This document shows, in pieces, positions 6,795 to 16,035 of a DNA stretch of 64,000 nt. The notes beneath the pieces are model-generated. The model worked only from the letters and a program-made list of their open reading frames with translations, was not told where the DNA came from and made no database searches. Source of the stretch: an uncultured virus (IMG/VR IMGVR_UViG_3300022752_000039) (lineage: Duplodnaviria > Heunggongvirae > Uroviricota > Caudoviricetes); IMG/VR virus record IMGVR_UViG_3300022752_000039. One strand, given 5' to 3'. The position numbers and the translations under genes are program-made. Each line of letters opens with the position of its first letter. The first letter of the stretch is position 1.

Positions 6795-6994
6795 TGACAA
6801 CTACCACTACGCATGAGGCTATGTCAGCACTTGATCGTTGCGATAAGTGCGGAGCACAGGCACTAGTGCGAGCAACACTTGCAAATGGTGAATTGTATTT
6901 CTGTGGTCATCATGGACGAGCAATGAGCGCAAAATTAGTTGCATCAGCATTAGTTGTTTACGACCCAGAAGGTGTATTTAATTATGGAAGATAG
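6794..6994 (+). CDS. Small zinc-binding protein (DRCDKC...FCGHH)
   Basis: CxxC and CxHH ligands; resembles a conserved actinobacterial small protein. Confidence 0.7.
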   Translation: MTTTTTHEAMSALDRCDKCGAQALVRATLANGELYFCGHHGRAMSAKLVASALVVYDPEGVFNYGR

Positions 6995-7364
6995 ATACGA
7001 AACTGGTAAAGGTCTTTTTGGTGGTCCTGGTGGTACTTATGGTCGTTACTCTGTGGGAAGTCGTGTTACGGCGGAAGGAAAGAACTTGAGAAATCTTTCA
7101 ACACAATTTGATTCTGCATCAGATATTGAGGAACAACAACGTCGCCGTTTTGGTCGTCGTCGTGAATCTGGGTATTCTGGTTCAGGGTTTTGGTTTTTAA
7201 ATTACCCTTACATGGTTGGAACCTTAGGTTCAGGAACTGGCGCACCTGAAATCAATAAAGATCATGATCAACCAATGAGCGGTGCAAGCGATGCAGCCTC
7301 TGCAACAGACGGCGCAGGAAACGGTGGAACTGCTGCAGGATTTATTGGAGGATTAGGAACATGA
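6984..7364 (+). CDS. Gly-rich hypothetical protein (internal NLSTQF)
   Basis: ORF track 6954..7364; ATG 6984 likely start. Confidence 0.65.
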   Translation: MEDRYETGKGLFGGPGGTYGRYSVGSRVTAEGKNLRNLSTQFDSASDIEEQQRRRFGRRRESGYSGSGFWFLNYPYMVGTLGSGTGAPEINKDHDQPMSGASDAASATDGAGNGGTAAGFIGGLGT

Positions 7365-7588
7365 CAGATAGAGTTCCACAATTAAATCGACAAGCACTAA
7401 CAGTAAATCCAAATAGAAAACTACGTAAGACAGAGTTTGGATTTAACTCAAACCTAGGTTACAAATCAAAAGCAGAACCAAGTGTTGTTTCTTGGGCTAA
7501 CCGTGGTAAGGGTGTACAAGGTGAATCTGTAAATTCACAAAACGTTGCTTCTAAGTTTGTCATTCGTAAAGCAGGCAAAGCGCTATAA
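7361..7588 (+). CDS. Basic hypothetical protein
   Basis: ORF track; ATGA coupling. Confidence 0.65.
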   Translation: MTDRVPQLNRQALTVNPNRKLRKTEFGFNSNLGYKSKAEPSVVSWANRGKGVQGESVNSQNVASKFVIRKAGKAL

Positions 7589-7625
7589 TTCCCTAAGAGG
7601 ACAATGAGTATTCCGAGGGGAAAAC

Positions 7626-10436
7626 TTGAGAGCAGTGCGTTTATTCGCAACACTATTTCTCACAACACTTCTTTATTTATTAGGTCAATCAACAGCGTAT
7701 GCAGAAGAAACAGTTCCACCTGCGCCAGAACAGGTGGTAGTTAGTCCTGCCCAAGCAGCAGTCAACACCGCACTTGCTACAGCAACGACTGAAGTTGCAC
7801 AAGCAGTTACAGCCTCAACAGCAGCAGCAACAGCAGCATCAACCGCAGTGGCTGCAGTTACAACTGCAAACACAGAAGTTGCACAAGCAAACACCGCAGT
7901 AACAACAGCGGTAGCAGCAGTAGCACAGGTAGCAAATACAACTCCAATTGCAACTGTTGCAGCAACAGTAACAGAGGCAGTGACTACAGCGGTAACTGCA
8001 GTAACTAATGCAGTAGCAGCAATACCAGCAGCAGCGACAACAGCATCTACAGAGGTTGCAACTGCACAAGCAACGGTAACTGCAGCGGTGTCAACAGTTG
8101 CAGAGGCAGCAACAACTCTAGTACAAGCAGTAGTTGCAGCAGCAACTCCTACTCCAACAGTTACTCCTACTCCAACGCCAACTCCTATTCCTACCCCTAC
8201 CTCTACTCCAACAGTTACACCAACTCCTACTCCAGTTACAGAGGTAACTGTTACACAGGTTGCAACTCAGGTAGCATTAGAGTCAACAAGAGCAGCAACA
8301 GCAACTGCTGCAATACAGGCTGCAACCACTCAAGTACAAGCAGCAAACACAGCAGTTACTGCAGCAACAACAGCGGTAGCAGCAGTTGCCCCTGCACGTA
8401 CTGCTGCTCAAACAGAGTTGACACAAGCAAACGTCGCAATCAACAATGCACAAGATGCAGTTAATGCACTAGCAGCAACTGTTGGTGCATCAACAAATGT
8501 CTTGGCCAATACTGATGATGCTGGCGTTCGTATGAACTTACCGTTTAACCTACGCATGGGTAACACCGTTTATACAAACGTATATGTAGGTTCAAACGCA
8601 ACTATTACTTTTGGTGTTAATGAAGGACAAAATTATTATTCAACCCCTTCTGCACCATCTATCTCTATTGCGGGGTATGACTGGACTACATGGAGTAATG
8701 GCTCTGGAGTAACTTACTCAACAACAACCAATACCCTTACTGTTGCCTGGGATGTGCGTCCATACCCTCAAATGACTGCAGATACTCAAATGACACAAAT
8801 TAGATTTAACGCTGATGTAAACCCAACAGACGGTGCATGGGCAGCGGATGTAAGTGTTACAGGCCCTATTCCAAATGGTGCAAGATTTAATGTTCGTCCA
8901 ACTACTAATGGAACAATTACTCCAATTACCGATACAAATTCTGGGCCTGGATTTAATGGAAGAATTAGTCAAGGTGCCTCATTTACACCGACTCCAAACC
9001 CAAGCACAGCCGCTATTCAAAACTCAATTACTGCCGCAAATGCACAGATTGCTACTTTAAATACTGCTATCACTGGAGTAGTCACTACAAACACAGCAAC
9101 AGGAATAGCCGCTGCTGCGATTGCACCAATTGCTGTTGTTCCTTCAAATAAGGTAATTGCTTTAGAAACAGCGACTACATCTTTAACCGATAAAGTAACT
9201 GCACTTGCAACTGTCTCTACCGCTGTTGAAAAGGTAAATACAGCACCAACAATTCTTGCAGTAGCGCAAGCAGTTATTGATGCTGTTCCAGCACCTACTC
9301 CTCCGACTCCTCCAGCACCTGCGTTAGTTGCTGAACCAGAACCACAGCCGCAACCAGACCCACAGCCACAGCCAGAGCCACAACCTGAACCACAACCCGA
9401 CGTTTCACCTGAACCTACTCCTGACCCTGTAGAGGAACCACCTGTAATTGCCAACACTGACACGGGCCCTGACATGCCTCCTCAACCTGTTGAGGAACCA
9501 CCAACAACTGTTGAAGAGCCTCCTGCGCCTGCTGACGAAGCACCTGTAGCAATTCCTGATCCTGATGGTTCAATTGGTGAACCAGATGTTCCAACTGAGC
9601 AACCAGTAGACCCAGCGCCTGAGCCTGAACCAGAACCTGAACCTTCACCCGAACCTGCTCCTTCTCCTGAACCAACTCCAGAAGAAGAGGTTACAGCCGT
9701 TGTAGATGATGCGCTATCTGATGGAAAGTTAGATTCATCAGAAGTTTCTGCTATTGCTGATGCTATGGCAGCAGATGGAAAAGTGGATGCTAAAGAGGCA
9801 GCCCAACTCGTTGATGCCTTGGCAAGTGATGGAAAACTTTCAATCGCAGATCAAAATGCAGTCCTGGATGCCCTGGCCTCTGATGGCAACGTCAGCAAGG
9901 CAGACGTGGCAGTCATTGTTGCTATGGCATCTCAAGATGGAAACTTATCAACTGCTGAACGAGGAATTGTTGCGGAGGCACTTATCTCTTCTGTTGCCCC
10001 TGGCGATACTCTAACAAAAGAACAGGTTCAAGATGCAGGTATTGAGTACAAAGACTTACCAGCAGCAACTCCTGTCGAGGTTAGACAAGATGAGAATGGT
10101 AATGAAGTTATCATTACTGCAGAGGTTGCAGTGCAAGTTGAATTGCTACAAGATCCAGGAGCATTACTTAACGAAGTGTTTACAGATCCAGGAGCAGTAC
10201 TAGACGCTCTTGGAAGTGTTGGTGCTGATATGTCTGACGAAGAACGCAAAGAAGCAACTGACATGGTTGTTGCAACAGTTGTTGCTGCAGGTGCTGCTAT
10301 GAATGCAGTTGGTGCAGCCGCTGGTGCAACAGGTGGTGGATCACGAAGTGGTGGAGGCGGTTCTGGTGGTGGAGGTGGTGGAGGCGGAGCCTCTGGTGAG
10401 AGCAAGGCAATGAGACGAAGAAAGGAAGCAATATGA
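7626..10436 (+). CDS. 936-aa secreted/membrane-anchored Ala/Thr- and Pro-rich surface protein
   Basis: Signal peptide ending AYA-EE; Ala/Thr helices, (PT)n and (PE/PQ)n linkers, globular domain ~aa 290-455, five DGxL repeats, C-terminal hydrophobic segment + RRRK. Confidence 0.8.
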   Translation: MRAVRLFATLFLTTLLYLLGQSTAYAEETVPPAPEQVVVSPAQAAVNTALATATTEVAQAVTASTAAATAASTAVAAVTTANTEVAQANTAVTTAVAAVAQVANTTPIATVAATVTEAVTTAVTAVTNAVAAIPAAATTASTEVATAQATVTAAVSTVAEAATTLVQAVVAAATPTPTVTPTPTPTPIPTPTSTPTVTPTPTPVTEVTVTQVATQVALESTRAATATAAIQAATTQVQAANTAVTAATTAVAAVAPARTAAQTELTQANVAINNAQDAVNALAATVGASTNVLANTDDAGVRMNLPFNLRMGNTVYTNVYVGSNATITFGVNEGQNYYSTPSAPSISIAGYDWTTWSNGSGVTYSTTTNTLTVAWDVRPYPQMTADTQMTQIRFNADVNPTDGAWAADVSVTGPIPNGARFNVRPTTNGTITPITDTNSGPGFNGRISQGASFTPTPNPSTAAIQNSITAANAQIATLNTAITGVVTTNTATGIAAAAIAPIAVVPSNKVIALETATTSLTDKVTALATVSTAVEKVNTAPTILAVAQAVIDAVPAPTPPTPPAPALVAEPEPQPQPDPQPQPEPQPEPQPDVSPEPTPDPVEEPPVIANTDTGPDMPPQPVEEPPTTVEEPPAPADEAPVAIPDPDGSIGEPDVPTEQPVDPAPEPEPEPEPSPEPAPSPEPTPEEEVTAVVDDALSDGKLDSSEVSAIADAMAADGKVDAKEAAQLVDALASDGKLSIADQNAVLDALASDGNVSKADVAVIVAMASQDGNLSTAERGIVAEALISSVAPGDTLTKEQVQDAGIEYKDLPAATPVEVRQDENGNEVIITAEVAVQVELLQDPGALLNEVFTDPGAVLDALGSVGADMSDEERKEATDMVVATVVAAGAAMNAVGAAAGATGGGSRSGGGGSGGGGGGGGASGESKAMRRRKEAI

Positions 10437-10597
10437 GAGTAATAAAAGACATGATTGACCAACTCTGGACACTCCTTGGCATGTTCATTGCATGGGTTGT
10501 TCTTGATGGAAGCGCAAAAACCATTGTTGGATATGCAATTGTTGCAACTCTAGTTGCATGGGCTATCACGTATCCCCTGCGTAACCGAGACGAATAA
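10433..10597 (+). CDS. 54-aa two-TM membrane protein
   Basis: Read manually: MRVIKDMIDQLWTLLGMFIAWVVLDGSAKTIVGYAIVATLVAWAITYPLRNRDE; ATGA coupling. Confidence 0.75.
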   Translation: MRVIKDMIDQLWTLLGMFIAWVVLDGSAKTIVGYAIVATLVAWAITYPLRNRDE

Positions 10598-10633
10598 GAG
10601 ATTATTAGCCGAGGGCATCTAGTAAGGAGAACC

Positions 10634-10825
10634 ATGGATATCAACGTACTTAAGGCTGCAGGAGCAACTTGGCTTCGTGCAAGTGCTGCTGCAGTAGCAG
10701 CGCTCTACATGTCAGGAATTTCGGACCCAAAGATTTTGGCTAACGCCTTTATTGCAGGTCTACTTGGACCAGCAGCAAAGTTTATAAATCCAAAAGATCC
10801 ATCATACGGCTTCGGCAAGAAGTAA
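10634..10825 (+). CDS. Putative holin
   Basis: 63 aa, two hydrophobic segments, C-terminal NPKDPSYGFG; AAGGAG SD. Confidence 0.65.
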   Translation: MDINVLKAAGATWLRASAAAVAALYMSGISDPKILANAFIAGLLGPAAKFINPKDPSYGFGKK

Positions 10826-10843
10826 TTTAGAGGAGATGCACCA

Positions 10844-11209
10844 GTGACAAATACCTTTATGACAATTGGAATTGTCACTGGTGCTCTCATTAGCCTAGGA
10901 GTTCTCTTGAGCCCACTGTACAAAAGAATAAAACGGTTCATGCAGTGGATGGAGCGCTTCATGCGTGACTGGGAGGGCGAAGAGGCATCCCCTGGTAGAG
11001 ATGAAGTTCCAGGAGTAATGCAGCGCCTCAATAAGTTAGACGGCGAACTAAGTCAAAATGGCGGTAAGTCCACAAAGGACACTGTCAACAAACTCTATGC
11101 AAACCAAGAGTTAGTAATGGAGGCTTTCGTAGAGATGGGCGAAAGACTAATTGCTATTGAAAATTGTCTAAACAAATCTGAGATTAATACTCCAAATCCC
11201 GTTAATTAA
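10844..11209 (+). CDS. N-terminal TM + coiled-coil protein (lysis-cassette type)
   Basis: One TM then GEEASPGRDEVPGVMQRL...NGGKSTKD; follows the holin. Confidence 0.65.
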   Translation: MTNTFMTIGIVTGALISLGVLLSPLYKRIKRFMQWMERFMRDWEGEEASPGRDEVPGVMQRLNKLDGELSQNGGKSTKDTVNKLYANQELVMEAFVEMGERLIAIENCLNKSEINTPNPVN

Positions 11210-11223
11210 GGGAAGATAGACCC

Positions 11224-11592
11224 ATGAGCAACGTGCAGTTTCAATCAAAGGACTGGAATCCGTTTACAGCGGCTGCTGGTTTGATCGATAAATTTATGCC
11301 AGAACCTGAAAAGGATAAGCACTACTCTAATGCTATGGTTCAACAAAGCCATACCGAACAGACAGTACTTTCACGACAGACTAAACCGACACCACAAAAC
11401 ACAGGAGCACCAATGCCTGGGTATCGGAAACGCGGAGCAATAAACCCATCAACGACAGGAGCACCAGTGCCAGGCACACTAAAGAGCAACACAGCAACCA
11501 ATCCAATTACAGGGGCGAAGGTCCCACGAGTACCAGTGAAGTCTAAGGGCGCAAAGCCAACGGCTCCTGGAACACGACCAAAGAAGAAGTAA
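11224..11592 (+). CDS. Pro/Lys-rich disordered protein (leader MSNVQF)
   Basis: ORF track; GAAGAT 6 nt upstream. Confidence 0.7.
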   Translation: MSNVQFQSKDWNPFTAAAGLIDKFMPEPEKDKHYSNAMVQQSHTEQTVLSRQTKPTPQNTGAPMPGYRKRGAINPSTTGAPVPGTLKSNTATNPITGAKVPRVPVKSKGAKPTAPGTRPKKK

Positions 11593-11594
11593 CT

Positions 11595-11945
11595 ATGGCT
11601 GGCGGTTTATCTCGTGACCATGATTCATACAACCACTTTAATTCTGGGTATGACTCACGAGTAAATCCTCTTTCTGCAATTGACAAGAAGATTTTAGATT
11701 TTGCAATTCGCACGAAGCAGATCCCTGCGTTAAAGGCTCATGGTCAAATTCTTCGCAACTTTGGCATGTATCCACCAGAGTTCTGGACTCGTGCTCAAAA
11801 CTTATCTGAACACAGAGATGTTCCAGAAGATCAAAAAACAATATTATCCGAGATGTTCCCAAGCCCATCACGACCAGGACCTATGGGTGGCGGTGCCGAT
11901 GTGAACACTGAGAGCAAAAAGTTTAGTCATGGATTGGAGTGGTAA
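11595..11945 (+). CDS. Hypothetical protein with DUF3263-like segment
   Basis: LSAIDKKILDF...ILRNFGMYPPEFW resembles actinobacterial DUF3263 (from memory, unverified). Confidence 0.45.
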   Translation: MAGGLSRDHDSYNHFNSGYDSRVNPLSAIDKKILDFAIRTKQIPALKAHGQILRNFGMYPPEFWTRAQNLSEHRDVPEDQKTILSEMFPSPSRPGPMGGGADVNTESKKFSHGLEW

Positions 11946-12163
11946 TGAAGTGTGCAAACTGTCCTAATGACGCTATGTATGTCTACCGCATAACAAAGAC
12001 GAAGTCTGTCTACTACTGCGGTAAAGATCTACCAAGTTTCTTGGAGGACCGTCGTAAAGCGGGACTATTAAACATTACTGAGGCATTTACTGAGGCTAAA
12101 GAGACTGTTGCTGAAACACTCTCAGTCTCAAAGAAGAAGGCCCCTAAGAAAACAGAGGAATAG
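11939..12163 (+). CDS. Small zinc-binding protein
   Basis: CANC...YYCGKDLP. Confidence 0.65.
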   Translation: MVMKCANCPNDAMYVYRITKTKSVYYCGKDLPSFLEDRRKAGLLNITEAFTEAKETVAETLSVSKKKAPKKTEE

Positions 12164-12400
12164 ATGAAGTTAATTCGCAAGTTTGCAATACAAGGACATG
12201 CGATCCCTTCATCTGCTCACAGCCCTAGAGGTCCTTTTCCTCCAGAGGTTCTAGCAGGTCCTCAGATGGATCAAGCGGAATATCACTCTGATTCCTTACA
12301 TGTAGGTCTCGACGATGTCAAATTCTTCAAATGCAAGGACTGTCGTACTGTTCTAGAAACAAATGAACTTGAAGACCATGATTGTGATGATTTTAAGTAG
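12164..12400 (+). CDS. Small protein with C-terminal zinc finger
   Basis: CKDC...HDC. Confidence 0.65.
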   Translation: MKLIRKFAIQGHAIPSSAHSPRGPFPPEVLAGPQMDQAEYHSDSLHVGLDDVKFFKCKDCRTVLETNELEDHDCDDFK

Positions 12401-12458
12401 ACTTGTCATGCCTCTAAGCGCATGAGGCTTTAACTTCTCTAGAGAAAGCAGACTATTC

Positions 12459-13157
12459 ATGGCAACAAATAACAACGGCAACCTGCTCGATGACGCAGGC
12501 GAGGTCGCTATCGACTTCGTATATGGAAACTTCCCTATTCAACCAAACGATGCTCGTCCAAATGCAGCAAGTGCAACTCTTTCGACAACAGTCACTACAA
12601 GAGTAGCGGGTCGTCTAGATCCAGCAGCAGATAGCCACATCAACGCTCTTTCAGGTTGGAATGGTTATCCACAATATACACCAAATACAGCAGGCGAAGA
12701 TGTAGTAGGAGCAACTGACTACGTACTCGTACCAGAAGTTCGTGGATTTGCAACAGCACTTGCACAGGACGCAATGAAGGATGCTTCATTAACTGTTATC
12801 ACTGCGTCAGCAGCAACAAACACCGCTACTCAACCAACTCGTATTAACGTAACTGCTACTACTGCAGCAACGGTATATGTTTCTGGTGGAACAGGCACAT
12901 GGCCTGTAAGTACAAAGGTAACTATTGCTGCAGGAACAGGTATTCCAACAGCACTTGTTGGTACTTGGACTGTAACTGGTGGTTCAGGAACTACGCTTAT
13001 TATTGCAGGTTCAGGATGGACAGTCGCAGACACAGGCGCTATCACACCTGGAACTAGACTAACTGCTGCAACAGCAACAATTAAGACTCAATCACTAACC
13101 GCTGGACAAAACAGCGTTGTTCCAGGTGCAACAGTAACTCTTACACCTTGGGCATAA
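12459..13157 (+). CDS. Probable virion protein with a PASTA-like domain interrupted by an inserted beta domain
   Basis: VPEVRGFATALAQDAMKDASLTV ... IKTQSLTAGQNSVVPGATVTLT. Confidence 0.55.
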   Translation: MATNNNGNLLDDAGEVAIDFVYGNFPIQPNDARPNAASATLSTTVTTRVAGRLDPAADSHINALSGWNGYPQYTPNTAGEDVVGATDYVLVPEVRGFATALAQDAMKDASLTVITASAATNTATQPTRINVTATTAATVYVSGGTGTWPVSTKVTIAAGTGIPTALVGTWTVTGGSGTTLIIAGSGWTVADTGAITPGTRLTAATATIKTQSLTAGQNSVVPGATVTLTPWA

Positions 13158-13180
13158 TCCTAATCTGTTAGGATAAAACA

Positions 13181-13894
13181 ATGGTACGTCCAGTAGGCGG
13201 TAGAGCAGTGAGCAATCAACGCACTGCTATACCGTCTTCTGGCGAACTACTTGGTCAGATCTCTGGAAACTTTGCTGGTCTTCCAACAGCAGCATCTTCT
13301 GGAGAGTTCGGTGGTATTGAGTTCCTTGGTGAAATTGACAAGTACTACAAGCCACAATCTTTTGGAGAGGCAAACCGTCGCAATCAGGCGGGAGATGCGT
13401 TAGCGCAGAGCATTGATGCTGATGCGTACTACATTGACTCAGACGGAAATTACGTCGACCGATCTTCTTACCGCCAGTCTTATGATGAAGATGATGACAC
13501 AGGCGAACTTATTGTCCCTGGATACAAAGGTCCTCAAGGAGATGAAGGCACAGCAGCGGCTCCATTAACTGTTGTTCCAACCTCTAGCAGTAGACCAGAA
13601 CGCCCTCGCACAGTAGCCGCAGGTTACGACAAGGTAAGAGGCGTTCTGACTGTGGTGTTCCGTGATGGAACCTTCTACAACTACTACGAGGTAACTCCAT
13701 CTGAGTGGCAGAACTTCAAAAGACGTGTCTCAAAGGGCCAATACATTTATAAGTACTTAGACTTTAAACCTCGTGGACCTGCTAATGTTCGCTCTATCCC
13801 AGCAGGTGTGCGTAAAGAGTTCTACCGTTATGCTCGTATCTCTCAGACAAGCAGTCGTGGAAAGCAGTACAGCACTTCATCCAGAAAGAAGTAA
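13181..13894 (+). CDS. KTSC-domain protein
   Basis: AAGYDKVRGVLTVVFRDGTFYNYYEV...F...SKGQYIYKYL. Confidence 0.8.
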   Translation: MVRPVGGRAVSNQRTAIPSSGELLGQISGNFAGLPTAASSGEFGGIEFLGEIDKYYKPQSFGEANRRNQAGDALAQSIDADAYYIDSDGNYVDRSSYRQSYDEDDDTGELIVPGYKGPQGDEGTAAAPLTVVPTSSSRPERPRTVAAGYDKVRGVLTVVFRDGTFYNYYEVTPSEWQNFKRRVSKGQYIYKYLDFKPRGPANVRSIPAGVRKEFYRYARISQTSSRGKQYSTSSRKK

Positions 13895-14296
13895 ATGCCA
13901 AAGGTACACAATGTCGGATCACTATTTGTTCAAGTTACTAGGTTCCCCTATGAGTGGGGTAACAAACTTGTTGTTCGTGGCTGGAGCCAAGAAATAGAAG
14001 AACCGTACAGAACTGCTACTCCGTTCATAGTACGATTACCCAAGTACCATGGACTAGTCTTAGGTAAGTGGGGAGCCATGAAAGACGAAGAAGAAGCATT
14101 AAGCGGAGCACTAGCAAGACGGGAAGTTACATATGAGGATTTTACGGAAGAAGCAGGTTGGACACCAGCCCCAGAGTCGAATCGAGAAACGAGTGTCGAC
14201 GGTCTCTACTCCAGATTTGATCTTATGGATGGAGCAGTCAATGTATACGATCGGCAAAAACATTTCGACATGGCAGAGGCACCAGAGCGAGGCTGA
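13895..14296 (+). CDS. Hypothetical protein
   Basis: Starts immediately after the KTSC stop. Confidence 0.7.
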   Translation: MPKVHNVGSLFVQVTRFPYEWGNKLVVRGWSQEIEEPYRTATPFIVRLPKYHGLVLGKWGAMKDEEEALSGALARREVTYEDFTEEAGWTPAPESNRETSVDGLYSRFDLMDGAVNVYDRQKHFDMAEAPERG

Positions 14297-14378
14297 CCTC
14301 GATGAAGTTGTTATGGGCGCTGAGGCCTTCTACGCTATTGCCAAAGAGTTAAAGCGACGCACACAGAGTTCCATATGA
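14133..14378 (+). CDS. Helical hypothetical protein overlapping 13895..14296, coupled to terminase
   Basis: GGGAAG upstream; TGA overlaps terminase ATG (ATGA). Confidence 0.65.
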   Translation: MRILRKKQVGHQPQSRIEKRVSTVSTPDLILWMEQSMYTIGKNISTWQRHQSEADLDEVVMGAEAFYAIAKELKRRTQSSI

Positions 14379-15955
14379 CAGTGGATCAAGACAAGTTTGA
14401 AGAGATTAGTCCTGAGTTCTATCAAGCAGAAGAACAAGGAGAAAACGAACCTCTAGATGAACAACTCGATGAACTGTCTCAACAGTTTGTTGACAAACTT
14501 ATTGAGAAGATTATGGACTTTCTTAAGGTCCTTGTCGGTCATGATCTGCACCCTTACCAAAAGCCTCTAGCACGTCGTATTATTGAATCTGTCATCATTA
14601 ATGATGGTGAAGAGATCACAGCACTTGCTTCACGTCAGTCAGGAAAATCAGAGACTGTTGCTGACACAGTAGCCACACTGATGGTGCTACTTCCTAGACT
14701 TGCAAAGTTATACCCAGACTTACTTGGTAAATTCAAAGATGGGTTGTGGGTAGGACTATTTGCACCTACTGAAGGACAGGCTGAAACTTTATTTGGTAGA
14801 ACAGTCACACGCCTTACATCAGAGCGTGCACTAGAGATCCTTGGCGATCCTGAGATTGATGATCAGACTGCTCGTGTAGGAGGCGTAACACGTCAGATTA
14901 AACTAAAGAAGTCAGGCTCTACTATTACCATGATGACTGCAAACCCTCGTGCAAAGATTGAGTCTAAGTCTTTCCATTTGATCGTTATTGACGAGTGTCA
15001 AGAGGCTGACGACTTCGTAGTCTCTAAGTCAATCTCTCCGATGCTTGCCTACTACGCAGGAACAATGGTAAAGACTGGAACACCTACAACGAGTAAGAAC
15101 AACTTCTACAAAGCAATCCAGATGAACCGACGTCGTCAAACGACTCGTGGTAATAGACAGAACCATTTCCAATGGGACTGGAAAGATGTTGCAAAGTTTA
15201 ATGATAACTATGAAAAGTTTATTAGAAAAGAAATACTACGAATTGGTGAGGAATCAGATGAATTTCAAATGTCGTACAACTGCAAATGGCTTCTTGAGCG
15301 AGGCATGTTTGTTACTTCAAACATTATGGACGACTTGGGGGACACTTCTCAAGAACTGGTTAAGGTATGGCATAAAACCCCAGTCGTTGTCGGCATCGAC
15401 CCTGCTCGTAAAACTGACTCTACAGTTGTTACTGTGGTTTGGGTTGATTGGGATCGTCCTGATGAGTTTGGTTATTTTGATCACAGAGTCCTTAACTGGT
15501 TAGAGATGCAGGGAGACGATTGGGAAGAGCAGTACTTCCAGATCGTAAACTTCCTCAGTAACTACGACGTCCTTGCTATTGGTGTGGACGCCAACGGTGT
15601 AGGTGACGCTGTAGCGCAGCGCCTTAAACTATTGATTCCTAGGGCAGAGGTTATGTCTTTGACATCTAGTCCTAGTGAGCAATCTGGTCGTTGGAAGCAC
15701 CTACAGGCATTGATCCAACGCAAGATGCTTGCATGGCCAGCACACGCAAAAACTCGCAGACTTCGTACTTGGAAGCGGTTTTACCAGCAGATGGTAGATG
15801 CTGAGGTACAGTACAAAGGACCTAACTTCTTAGTTGCCGCACCTGACGAATCCTATGCACACGATGACTTTGTGGACTCTCTGTCTATTGCCTGCTCCTT
15901 AACTAAGGATTTGGTAATGCCAGAAGTTGTTGCATCAAGTAATCCTTTTTTCTAG
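14375..15955 (+). CDS. terL: Terminase large subunit
   Basis: Walker A ASRQSGKS, Walker B IVIDECQ, TGT motif III, nuclease VGIDPA and HDDFVDS. Confidence 0.95.
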   Translation: MTVDQDKFEEISPEFYQAEEQGENEPLDEQLDELSQQFVDKLIEKIMDFLKVLVGHDLHPYQKPLARRIIESVIINDGEEITALASRQSGKSETVADTVATLMVLLPRLAKLYPDLLGKFKDGLWVGLFAPTEGQAETLFGRTVTRLTSERALEILGDPEIDDQTARVGGVTRQIKLKKSGSTITMMTANPRAKIESKSFHLIVIDECQEADDFVVSKSISPMLAYYAGTMVKTGTPTTSKNNFYKAIQMNRRRQTTRGNRQNHFQWDWKDVAKFNDNYEKFIRKEILRIGEESDEFQMSYNCKWLLERGMFVTSNIMDDLGDTSQELVKVWHKTPVVVGIDPARKTDSTVVTVVWVDWDRPDEFGYFDHRVLNWLEMQGDDWEEQYFQIVNFLSNYDVLAIGVDANGVGDAVAQRLKLLIPRAEVMSLTSSPSEQSGRWKHLQALIQRKMLAWPAHAKTRRLRTWKRFYQQMVDAEVQYKGPNFLVAAPDESYAHDDFVDSLSIACSLTKDLVMPEVVASSNPFF

Positions 15956-16035
15956 TTGAACAACATAGATACCTCAAAAAGGTGGAAACTATGTACTAGG
16001 AAAAGGCCTTTCCAATACATCCTTAAGGAGTAAAT

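Noticed and set aside
7685..10644. Many minus-strand and alternate-frame ORFs (Cys-rich, Gly/Cys-rich) over the 936-aa gene and likewise over collagen genes
   Set aside because: Shadow ORFs produced by low-complexity GCA/ACA/CCA codon repeats; no SD or coupling
4167..11209. Separation of endolysin from the holin-like genes as a novel lysis system
   Set aside because: Dispersed lysis genes are common in large phages, and the holin assignments here are tentative
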